DNA of 64,000 bases from Candidatus Dojkabacteria bacterium UBA2022. Its GTDB lineage: Bacteria; Patescibacteriota; Dojkabacteria; SC72. Below the pieces are notes generated by a model. That model saw only the letters and a list, made by a program, of their open reading frames with translations. It had not been told where the DNA came from and did not search any database. The position numbers and the translations under genes were made by a program. Location: contig DDBW01000006.1 of NCBI GenBank assembly GCA_002335495.1, forward strand, positions 72-64,071, written 5' to 3'. Shown piece by piece: positions 36,839 to 45,358 of the stretch (position 1 is the first letter of the stretch; each line of letters begins with the position of its first letter).

Positions 36839-38044
36839 TTGCTCACTACTTATTATAGCACACTCCAAATGAGTAACTACGAGAAGCTTGATAGGATAAA
36901 AACGATTACTAAAGAGATTAATCCCAATGTTGTTTTTAACTGCGAAACTGTTTCTTTCGGAAAAGACCGTTTTACAAACATTTACTGGTTAGAATTGAAG
37001 AAAGATTCTTTAAAATTCAAATTGTCATATGCTGACAAACTATTACCATTGAAGGATTTTGAGAAAAATGATTCAAGTGTAATTGCTGGGATAAACGTTG
37101 GAGGCTTTTATCTATCTGACGATAACTTAACTCCACCAGTACAATATTACAATTTAGCTGTTGATGAGGGGCATATTAAACAGCTTCCTAGCAATACTCG
37201 TAGTTGCATTCAGACTTACAATGGAAATCTTACAAAATCATTAGTAATAGCTCATGGGTTAATGCGAATCGGTCAAAAGGATTTCTCATGGTCTGGCTTA
37301 AATGAAAAACAGGACTCGCAATTGATTGTGTATGGAATGTTCAATCTTGATATAACTAAAAATAAGTTTAGGAACCCTTCGAATGCAAGAGAAACAGTTG
37401 AGACCTCTAGATTTATAAAAGCGAATAATAACGAGATCTTATTGGGAATAGGCACATCAGGAACTAATCCGTCTGTGCAACGAATATCAAAAAATACTCT
37501 TGATTTGATTCAGTACAGTTTTATCTTAAAGGGTAATAAAAACTTGCTAAAAGAAATAAGTGTAGGGAATGAAATAACTAGGGTGAGGTTTGGTCATGTT
37601 GAACATAATGCAAGTGCAAGTCTTTGCAGCGGATCATTTATTTTAGGAAAAGATAAGGTTGATCTTGATAAAAATCTTCGTAATGAGTTGATACATCCTG
37701 TTGATGGTAATCCCAAACCAATGTCTGAGGAATATAAGAAGTCTTGGAGTGTGATATTAGAAACGAACGATTCATATATTTTATTTATTAATGATGCACG
37801 ACCGAAAGTACCCAATCAAAATGGTATAACGGTTTACGAGCTTCAAGACTTAATCCTTAAAAAGTTTGATTATACATGGGGAGTTGTTGGTGATAGCGGT
37901 CAGAGTAGTAAGTTATTTGTTAGGGAAAATGGAGAAAGAACAGTTTATGGAAATCTGCATTATATAAATTATTCTAAAACTGAATCTTATTGGGATGGAA
38001 TAAACGGTCGCCCTGTAAGTGTAGGATTACTCGCTTATGCTTGA
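36839..38044 (+). CDS. Hypothetical protein, possibly phosphodiester-glycosidase (DUF2233/NAGPA-like) family
   Basis: SVIAGINVGGFY and C-terminal WGVVGDSGQSS resemble that family; weak. Confidence 0.35.
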   Translation: MLTTYYSTLQMSNYEKLDRIKTITKEINPNVVFNCETVSFGKDRFTNIYWLELKKDSLKFKLSYADKLLPLKDFEKNDSSVIAGINVGGFYLSDDNLTPPVQYYNLAVDEGHIKQLPSNTRSCIQTYNGNLTKSLVIAHGLMRIGQKDFSWSGLNEKQDSQLIVYGMFNLDITKNKFRNPSNARETVETSRFIKANNNEILLGIGTSGTNPSVQRISKNTLDLIQYSFILKGNKNLLKEISVGNEITRVRFGHVEHNASASLCSGSFILGKDKVDLDKNLRNELIHPVDGNPKPMSEEYKKSWSVILETNDSYILFINDARPKVPNQNGITVYELQDLILKKFDYTWGVVGDSGQSSKLFVRENGERTVYGNLHYINYSKTESYWDGINGRPVSVGLLAYA

Positions 38045-38906
38045 TCACAGCACTCTACAATATGAACAATTACTGTCTGATGTTACGCAAACCCTATCCG
38101 AGAAAGAGCGTGCACTGTTTGATCTACCTAGAAGGTTAATGGGACCTGAATCTGTTAATGAAATAAGAGAAATATTAACAAACATGGGATTTGTGCGATT
38201 TGAAGGAGGCCCAGTACTTATGGGAATCAATGATGGATTACCATGCTCAATTGAAGGAACTAGATTAAATGAAACTCCTGCACGTGAACTATATGTCCCT
38301 CCTTTTTATGTATCAAAGTATACCGTATCTAATTTGGAGTATGAGCAATTTGATAAGAGGCATAGTAGGACTAATACTTCGTCAGGTGATAAAAATCCGG
38401 TAACATGCGTTACATACGGTAAAGCAGTCGGCTATGCATTGTGATTAAGTGAACAAACAGGACTTGCTTTCTCACTCCCAACAGAGCCTCAATATGTAGC
38501 TGTAACTGCTCCGTATGGATGGCAATATCCGTATCAGCAGGAGGGTTTGCCTAAAAGAAAAGAGCAAAATCACTTTAGAGCTTTCCCTGATAAGTATCCT
38601 GACGGAGAGCTAGGCTCAACTTTAGAGGTTGATGACCCAATCGGTACTCCTAATCATTTGGGACTATTCCATGCAACAGGTAATGTCTCAATCTTTTCGT
38701 TAGGTCATTATCCAACAGCAGGACATTGGGGCTCCACATCAGATGGTTCCTATATTGTCGCATTGGGTGGTAACTTTAGATTATGTCCATTTGGTACACG
38801 AAATATAACTAGGGGTATCCTTGATGTTACTGGAATTGCCGATACAGTTGGAATAAGATTGGTTCACCCTGATCCTGAGTATTTATTGAGCCAAAAGCGA
38901 GATTAA
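38037..38906 (+). pseudogene. Formylglycine-generating-enzyme (FGE/SUMF1)-domain gene interrupted by an in-frame TGA at ~38442
   Basis: ORF 38037..38444 (FYVSKYTVSNLEYEQF...NPVTCVTYGKAVGYAL*) continues in the same frame after the TGA as LSEQTGLAFSLPTEPQYVAVTAPYGW..., reaching ORF 38547..38906 (GNVSIFSLGHY...GIRLVHPD). Together these make one FGE domain. Confidence 0.55.
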
Positions 38907-39171
38907 ATTATTGAGAAGGTGTTTCCCTGCTAAAGTTCGGGTTTCCGTTTACCCTACTGTGTTGATAATCTATTACCGAACCATAAGTTGGCTTATTCTA
39001 TATGTTTTTTTACTAAGTTCGGGGAAATATCTTTCAGAAACGGAGGATATGGAACGGTATCCGAACTTTTAATTATGGCGATGATAGTATCCTTGTGCAT
39101 ACCTTGATATATAAATATCTTTAGATCTGCTACTATAAAGTGATACTAAATAATATAACCCTGTCACTGAA

Positions 39172-40038
39172 ATGAATATTTATGTTTGCTCTACTTCAGC
39201 TCCCTTACCGGTAGGTGAAAACGATCTGGAAGTCGCTAAGAAATTTCTTGAATCGTTTGGTCATACTGTAACATATTCCGGAAATATGTTTGCAAGAACC
39301 GGAAATACTGCTGGAACTATAGAACAAAGAATTGAAGATCTCCATGAAGGATTTGCAAATGATAAATATGATTTAGTTCTTGCTGCTACAGGAGGTTTTA
39401 ACAGTAATGAAATATTACCGTACATTGATTATGATCTTATCTCAAAGAGTAAAAAGACATTTTGTGGGCATAGTGATAACACTACCTTATGTTTGAACCT
39501 CTATCAAAAGAGTAAGATCAGAAGTGTATATGGACTTTGTTACGAATATTTGAGATTTTCAAAGTCTAAGGATGAACTTATAGATTATAATGATGCTCTG
39601 ATATCAGCCCCCAATTATAAAGCAAACCTTGTAAGTCAATTATCTACTGGAAAAGTCTTAAGAGGAGGAGAGATGAAAGGTACTCTGATAGGCGGAAATC
39701 TCTCTGTAATAAACTGGTTGTTAGGTACAAAGTACGGTATGGAACTAACTGACGATTCTATTCTCTTCATAGAGGACGATGAAGACTCGCATGGCTCATA
39801 TTGGCAAATGTATCTAAGGAAGTTAGAAATGCTTGGATATTTTAATACTATCAAAGGTTTAATTATTGGAAAGACTCCCTTTACAGAATTCAACGAGGGG
39901 GCAGATATGAGAAGCATATTAGATACAGTCTTGAAAGACTACAAATTCCCTGTGATATATGATGCCTATTTTGGACATCTAAGGGATAACACTATGCTCA
40001 ATATTGAATTAGGAATTAATATTGCTCTTAACGTCTAA
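39172..40038 (+). CDS. LD-carboxypeptidase (peptidase S66, LdcA/MccF-like)
   Basis: ATGGFNSNEILPYIDY...FCGHSDNTTLCL...ED..SHGSYW pattern. Confidence 0.65.
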   Translation: MNIYVCSTSAPLPVGENDLEVAKKFLESFGHTVTYSGNMFARTGNTAGTIEQRIEDLHEGFANDKYDLVLAATGGFNSNEILPYIDYDLISKSKKTFCGHSDNTTLCLNLYQKSKIRSVYGLCYEYLRFSKSKDELIDYNDALISAPNYKANLVSQLSTGKVLRGGEMKGTLIGGNLSVINWLLGTKYGMELTDDSILFIEDDEDSHGSYWQMYLRKLEMLGYFNTIKGLIIGKTPFTEFNEGADMRSILDTVLKDYKFPVIYDAYFGHLRDNTMLNIELGINIALNV

Positions 40039-40087
40039 ATCCCTCAGATAATAGTGTTCGGGTACCGTTAGGTAGAGTAGGCGGGGA

Positions 40088-40156
40088 TAAATAATAACTA
40101 AGCTTGTTAATAAGAGGATATTTCAGTTCGGGGAAATTATGAAAATGTATGGCGGA
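40088..40156. repeat. tRNA-Asp 3'-flank repeat (att-like), partner of 30735..30815
   Basis: See 30735..30815; overlaps the last ~7 nt of tRNA-Asp (tggcgga). Confidence 0.5.
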
Positions 40157-40226
40157 GTGGACGGGACTCGAACCCGCAACCTTCGCAGTGACAGTGCGAT
40201 GCTCTAACCAATTGAGCTACCACTCC
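40150..40226 (-). tRNA. tRNA-Asp (anticodon GTC), CCA encoded
   Basis: Reverse complement folds as GGAGTGG acceptor, anticodon stem TCGCA/TGCGA, loop CTGTCAC, T-arm GCGGG-TTCGAGT-CCCGT, CCA. Confidence 0.9.
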
Positions 40227-40320
40227 ATAAAGTGCTGCAAAAGTATATCAAACAACCCTCCTATTTACAATAATTACAAAAGAAATATAATGGAAAAGAT
40301 AATAGATAACCTGCCCAAAA

Positions 40321-41154
40321 TTGAAACCCTCCGACATTGTTAAAATTCAAACGATTGTATTAGACCCCAACCTTGATGTTATAGCTACCTCTATCAAAGA
40401 GTATAAAGGATATAACTTCTACGACCTTTTAAGCCCACCTAAAAGTGCGATACGAGATGCCATGCGATCCCTAAAAGAAATGCAAAGCATAAGTGCGGAT
40501 ATATCAATATCAACACCTTTAACCCCTATAGAGCAGTACTCCGTGGTGATACTGCGAACTCCGTCCCACTACTTCCTAACCCTTGTACCTTTAACTCCAG
40601 CCATGCAACTTGTTGAAACGGTTACTAAGTTAGAAGAATATGCCTATACTGACCAACTCACAGGAGCACTGAACCGCCATGCATACTGGAAACTTCTAGA
40701 AACCATGCTTTACGAAATAGGTCGTGAGAACCTTGGATTAGGGGTTATCTTTTTAGATATCGATGGACTTAAGGGAATTAACACAAACTCAGGATATGCA
40801 GAAGGAGATAGCACAATCGCTTTTGTCGCAAAGTGTGCTCAAAAGAGTCTTCGAAAATACGATCTCCTTATTAGAATGGGAGGTGACGAGTTTCTAGCTA
40901 TATTCAGAATCGATCCCAAAAAAGACTTCACAGTTGAAGATATGGCTATGCGTATTTTAAACACGGTTCGCAGAGAAAGCGGTGGAAATATATCTGTCTC
41001 GATGGGGGCAAACTATATAAAACCAGGAGTTATTCATACTCTTGTTTCAGGTCCTAAATGGAAAAAAACCTGGAATAATCTATATAACGATCTTGATTCT
41101 AAACTTCGTAAAGCAAAAAAAGAGGGAAAGAACCAAGCGATTCTTTCCCTCTAG
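40321..41154 (+). CDS. GGDEF-domain diguanylate cyclase with N-terminal sensory region
   Basis: TTG start; RMGGDEFLAIF GGDEF motif, LTGALNRHAY. Confidence 0.75.
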   Translation: MKPSDIVKIQTIVLDPNLDVIATSIKEYKGYNFYDLLSPPKSAIRDAMRSLKEMQSISADISISTPLTPIEQYSVVILRTPSHYFLTLVPLTPAMQLVETVTKLEEYAYTDQLTGALNRHAYWKLLETMLYEIGRENLGLGVIFLDIDGLKGINTNSGYAEGDSTIAFVAKCAQKSLRKYDLLIRMGGDEFLAIFRIDPKKDFTVEDMAMRILNTVRRESGGNISVSMGANYIKPGVIHTLVSGPKWKKTWNNLYNDLDSKLRKAKKEGKNQAILSL

Positions 41155-41170
41155 AACTATTCTTCCCTTG

Positions 41171-41497
41171 TTACTTTCCTGCGTGGACTTCTAACGCTCT
41201 CTCATATACAGCTTTTGGCTGTACTCCTATGAAGGTTTGTACAGGTTTCCCGTCCTTAAAGAGAATAACCGTAGGGATACTCATAACCTGATACTTCATT
41301 GAGGTTTCTGGATTCTCATCAACATTCAATTTCATAACCTTAACCACATCCTTTTTCTCATGAGCGATCTCCTCAATTATTGGTCCAAGCATCAAGCAAG
41401 GCATGCACCATGCCGCCCAGAAATCCACCATTACCAGCCCCTTGCTCTCATGTACACTCTCTTGAAATGTACTGTCTGTTACTGCTAAATCTGCCAT
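41171..41497 (-). CDS. Thioredoxin (unusual WCMPC active site)
   Basis: Start trimmed to MADLAVTDSTFQ; VDFWAAWCMPC. Confidence 0.8.
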   Translation of the reverse strand: MADLAVTDSTFQESVHESKGLVMVDFWAAWCMPCLMLGPIIEEIAHEKKDVVKVMKLNVDENPETSMKYQVMSIPTVILFKDGKPVQTFIGVQPKAVYERALEVHAGK

Positions 41498-41572
41498 TGT
41501 TATTATGATATAATTTAATATGTAACCTATGTTACTACATATTCTAGTTCTTAAATATGTATAAGTCAAGGA

Positions 41573-42679
41573 ATGAAAATTATAAGTATAAAAGATCATA
41601 CAGTAGAAGAAATTGCAGCCCAAGCAGCATTAGTTTTGGAGAATGGAGGCTCTGTTATATATCCAACTGAAACCTGTTATGGAATAGGGGTTGATGCTAC
41701 AAATCAGAAAGCCGTTGACATGCTCTATGACTATAAAGGATTTAGAGGTCAAAAACCCTTTTCTATGGCTGTTGTTGATAGGGAAATGGCTGAAAAATAT
41801 GTGCATATCAATGAAATGGCAGACAACTTGTACAAAAACTACCTACCAGGCCCAGTTACTGTAGTATCTGAAAGCAAAGGATTAGTTGCCAAAGGCGTTG
41901 AAACTGAATATGGAACAGTTGGAATTAGAATCCCTGATCATGAGATTCCTGTTGCTATTGTTAAAGCCTTTGGAAATCCAATGACTTCAACATCCGCAAA
42001 TGTATCTTACAAGCCAGTCCCGTATAGCATTGAACAACTTCTTAAACTCACTCCAAAAAAGAGCCAGAAATTCATAGACCTCATTATTGATGCGGGTACC
42101 CTACCAAAGAACGTACCCTCAACTGTTTTAGATACTACGATGAATAGTCTTGAGGTGTTAAGAGAGGGGAAGATTGAATTCGAAGATGCCATTAAAAGAT
42201 CTAAACTTGTAAAACAGGTGGAAACCAAAACTACCGATGAGACTATTTCACTCGGAGAGGAAATTGCTAACCTGTTTATAGAGAAACATACTAACGGCCC
42301 GTTAGTATTCGCCCTTAGCGGTGAGCTTGGAGCGGGTAAAACACAGTTTACAAAAGGTGTCGGCAACTTGCTTAAAGTAGAGGATATTGTTAACTCTCCA
42401 ACCTATACAATTATTAATGAATATCAGTATAAAGACGGAGACAATACTCGAACCCTTGCTCATATGGATACCTGGAGAATTCAGGATGAGAATGAGTTCA
42501 ATAGATCTGGACTACAAGAATATCTTGAAAGATCGGATATTGTAGTTATCGAATGGGCAGATAAGTACTATAATCAGCTGGAAAGCTTGGTGAAAGAATT
42601 CGGAGGAAGAATTGTTAAGGTTAACTTCAGATATCTAAGTCCTCAAGAACGAGAGATATCTATATACGAAACCAATTAA
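41573..42679 (+). CDS. Fused L-threonylcarbamoyladenylate synthase (TsaC/Sua5-type) and TsaE (YjeE) P-loop ATPase
   Basis: N-half YPTETCYGIGVDATN...FRGQKPFSMAVVD; C-half ALSGELGAGKTQFTKGV plus TsaE-like tail. Confidence 0.7.
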   Translation: MKIISIKDHTVEEIAAQAALVLENGGSVIYPTETCYGIGVDATNQKAVDMLYDYKGFRGQKPFSMAVVDREMAEKYVHINEMADNLYKNYLPGPVTVVSESKGLVAKGVETEYGTVGIRIPDHEIPVAIVKAFGNPMTSTSANVSYKPVPYSIEQLLKLTPKKSQKFIDLIIDAGTLPKNVPSTVLDTTMNSLEVLREGKIEFEDAIKRSKLVKQVETKTTDETISLGEEIANLFIEKHTNGPLVFALSGELGAGKTQFTKGVGNLLKVEDIVNSPTYTIINEYQYKDGDNTRTLAHMDTWRIQDENEFNRSGLQEYLERSDIVVIEWADKYYNQLESLVKEFGGRIVKVNFRYLSPQEREISIYETN

Positions 42680-42695
42680 ATTATTCAAAACCCAA

Positions 42696-43298
42696 ATGGT
42701 AAAAGCAATCTGTTTCGATCTTGATGGTGTGTACTTCACAGAGGATAGTTTCAAGCGATTTGCACAGGCAATGTCTGTAAATACTGACTACGATACCGCC
42801 GTACAGATTCTTAAAAAATCTCCTGAGATGGCATCATTCAAAAAAGGTGAAATGTCGGAAGAGGCATATTGGGATTTTGCCAGAAGGGAGTTGAAGCTTG
42901 ATTATAGTAACGAGAAAATATTTGAACTCCTTAGGGGTAGCTATGAAGTAAACGAGAGAGTGGTTGAAGTTGTAAAAAAGGTTAGGGAGTTGGGGTATAA
43001 AACATGTATATGCTCTAACAACTTTGAGACAAGGATTCGAGAAATTGATGCGAAGTTTGATTTCTTGAAGAACTTTGATGTTAAAGTCTTTTCGTATCTG
43101 GTTGGTTGCATCAAACCATCTGAGGAAATATTCAAATACCTTGTAGGAGCTGCCTCTGTAGACCCTTCCGAAATTGTATATTCTGATGATTCTTCTGAAG
43201 CCGTTGAAACAGCGAAAAAGATTGGAATAAATGCACTGCATTATGAGGATTTTGATGGCTTTATTAAATACTTAAATGAGTTGGGAGTTAATATCTAA
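42696..43298 (+). CDS. HAD-superfamily hydrolase
   Basis: ICFDLDGVYF motif I; SNN motif; DD near C-terminus. Confidence 0.65.
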   Translation: MVKAICFDLDGVYFTEDSFKRFAQAMSVNTDYDTAVQILKKSPEMASFKKGEMSEEAYWDFARRELKLDYSNEKIFELLRGSYEVNERVVEVVKKVRELGYKTCICSNNFETRIREIDAKFDFLKNFDVKVFSYLVGCIKPSEEIFKYLVGAASVDPSEIVYSDDSSEAVETAKKIGINALHYEDFDGFIKYLNELGVNI

Positions 43299-44353
43299 TG
43301 ATAATCCTTGGTATCGACACCAGCTGTGATGAAACTTCTATTGCTATTTCAGATGGCAGAAAAGTGCTGTCCACTATCCGAGCCACTCAGGTGGATATTC
43401 ATAAAGAGTGGGGCGGTGTTGTTCCCATGATTGCCAAGCGTGCCCATGAAGAAAATATTGAGGGTGTATTCAATAAAGCTCTAAAGAAAGCCAAGGTTAC
43501 TATTGAAGATATCGATTACATTGCGGTTACGAAAGGACCAGGACTGGCAATTGATCTTGAGGTAGGAATTCAATTCGCAAAGAAATTGAGTAAAGAGTAT
43601 GGTAAACCTTTTGTTCCGGTTAATCATATGGAAGGACACCTTCTCTCCTCTCTTGCCTTAAATAGTAAAGGGAACGGACTTGTTTCAGACGAAGACTTGG
43701 AGAATCTTTTCCCAGCTCTTGGATTACTGATGTCTGGAAAGCATACCGAAATTATCTATGTTGAAGGCTTTGGAAAATATAAAAAGTTGGGACTAACATT
43801 AGATGATGCAGCTGGAGAAGCTTTTGATAAAGTCGGGAGGATGCTAAATTTCGGATATCCAGGTGGGCCAGTGGTTTCTGAGTTTGCCAAAAGAGGTAAG
43901 GTTGGAGTTATTGATTTACCAATTCCTATGGAAAAATCAGGGGACTTAAACTTCAGTTACTCTGGTCTTAAAACAGCAGTTTTGTATAAAGTTAAGGAGT
44001 ATGAGCAGAAGGGGATTCCTCAAAAAGAATGGGTTTATGATCTATGCCGTGCATTTGTTCACTCAATTGAGATGTCTGTAACAGTTAAGCTCCTTAGCGC
44101 TATTAAACAATATCCTGAAATCAAGAGTGTACTTGTTGGAGGAGGGGTATTTAGTAGTGAGTACATTTTGAGGAAGATAGGGCAGGTGGTTAAGGATAAG
44201 GGTTTAAGGTATTTGTATCCAGAACCTGATTATAGGAGCGATAACGCTGGGATGATATGTATTGCAGCGTACTACAATATTCTTGATAATAAGTTTTTAA
44301 CTGATAATACTGATATTGATAATATAGACAGAGATCCAAGACTTAGTCTCTAG
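43298..44353 (+). CDS. tsaD: tRNA N6-adenosine threonylcarbamoyltransferase TsaD (Kae1/Qri7 family)
   Basis: MIILGIDTSCDETSIAI; HMEGHL metal-binding motif. Confidence 0.85.
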   Translation: MIILGIDTSCDETSIAISDGRKVLSTIRATQVDIHKEWGGVVPMIAKRAHEENIEGVFNKALKKAKVTIEDIDYIAVTKGPGLAIDLEVGIQFAKKLSKEYGKPFVPVNHMEGHLLSSLALNSKGNGLVSDEDLENLFPALGLLMSGKHTEIIYVEGFGKYKKLGLTLDDAAGEAFDKVGRMLNFGYPGGPVVSEFAKRGKVGVIDLPIPMEKSGDLNFSYSGLKTAVLYKVKEYEQKGIPQKEWVYDLCRAFVHSIEMSVTVKLLSAIKQYPEIKSVLVGGGVFSSEYILRKIGQVVKDKGLRYLYPEPDYRSDNAGMICIAAYYNILDNKFLTDNTDIDNIDRDPRLSL

Positions 44354-45290
44354 GAAATTCAAATACTTTAATGTCTCTATCAATATAAGATTCTATTTCA
44401 AGAATAACTCTATCTGTATCTATATACGGTGTTATAAGGTAAACAGCTTTACCTTTTCTATCAAAGATTGTTATCTGAGCCGTAGGAGGGTTAAATTCTG
44501 TCCCATTAACACTCATCTCTATATCAAGTCCTGTTATATTCTTAACGGTTTTAATAATTGTCTTTCTATCCTCGCTATGGAGCTTATCTTTATTTAGATT
44601 TATTATCTGGAAGACGGAACTTAGGTCTCCAGTTAAATCATTTCTGTCTAGGAGTATTTTTGACGCAGGAAATGTATTTCTATTGTTTAGCTCCTCTGAA
44701 ATCGTAAATATATTTCTAGCGACACCTGCGCATGCGTCTTTAAATTGATTAATTGCTGAGACTGATGCGTCTATCTGAGAACTTATTGCGCTTCTTATAT
44801 CAACTCTTCCATCATTAAAGCGAAGTATAAAGTGATTATTTTCATCATCCTCAATCTCTAAAACCGAGCCGTTTTTTGTTTGGTATATTGATGTAGTTAG
44901 TGCTACTCTACCTGCAAAATCATAGTGTCGATTTACCATTGCGTAGATGTAATCGTCTTCTGGGGCTTTTTGAAACTCAACATCGAAATCTGCATTTATT
45001 CCACTCTCCTGAAATTTAGGGAGTACTTTCCATTCACTTAAAAAATCACTTGAGTGTGTGTCATATACATAAATCATTTGCTGTAGATATGTCGATAAAT
45101 CACTCCGTCCGAGTCTGAATTTTGCATCAGAAAAGTATTTTGGATTGTCTATAAAATCAGTACATTCTGGAAGTCCTATTCTTATGGCATCAACGGCAGC
45201 ATTAAACTGGTGTACAAAGTTAGTTCTGTCTTGAAGTTCCTCTTTCTCAGCTCTCTGTAGTGATCCTGTTACCCATCTTGGAGCAGGCAT
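44343..45290 (-). CDS. Hypothetical protein
   Basis: 315 aa ORF. Confidence 0.4.
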   Translation of the reverse strand: MPAPRWVTGSLQRAEKEELQDRTNFVHQFNAAVDAIRIGLPECTDFIDNPKYFSDAKFRLGRSDLSTYLQQMIYVYDTHSSDFLSEWKVLPKFQESGINADFDVEFQKAPEDDYIYAMVNRHYDFAGRVALTTSIYQTKNGSVLEIEDDENNHFILRFNDGRVDIRSAISSQIDASVSAINQFKDACAGVARNIFTISEELNNRNTFPASKILLDRNDLTGDLSSVFQIINLNKDKLHSEDRKTIIKTVKNITGLDIEMSVNGTEFNPPTAQITIFDRKGKAVYLITPYIDTDRVILEIESYIDRDIKVFEFPRD

Positions 45291-45358
45291 TATATGTTCA
45301 GTGTCTAATTCATTGAGCAGTAGTATAATTATACATTATATTACGTAATAACCGCAAT

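Noticed and set aside
38442-38444. Genome-wide TGA-as-sense-codon recoding (code 4/25) suggested by the FGE read-through
   Set aside because: Many well-formed genes in the window terminate at TGA followed by intergenic sequence or an RBS (e.g. 1062..2225, 26328..27362, 36839..38044).
30700-40200. Possible CRISPR array given recurring short repeats
   Set aside because: Repeats are of several different families, irregularly spaced by whole genes (0.5-3 kb), and not identical. No cas genes.
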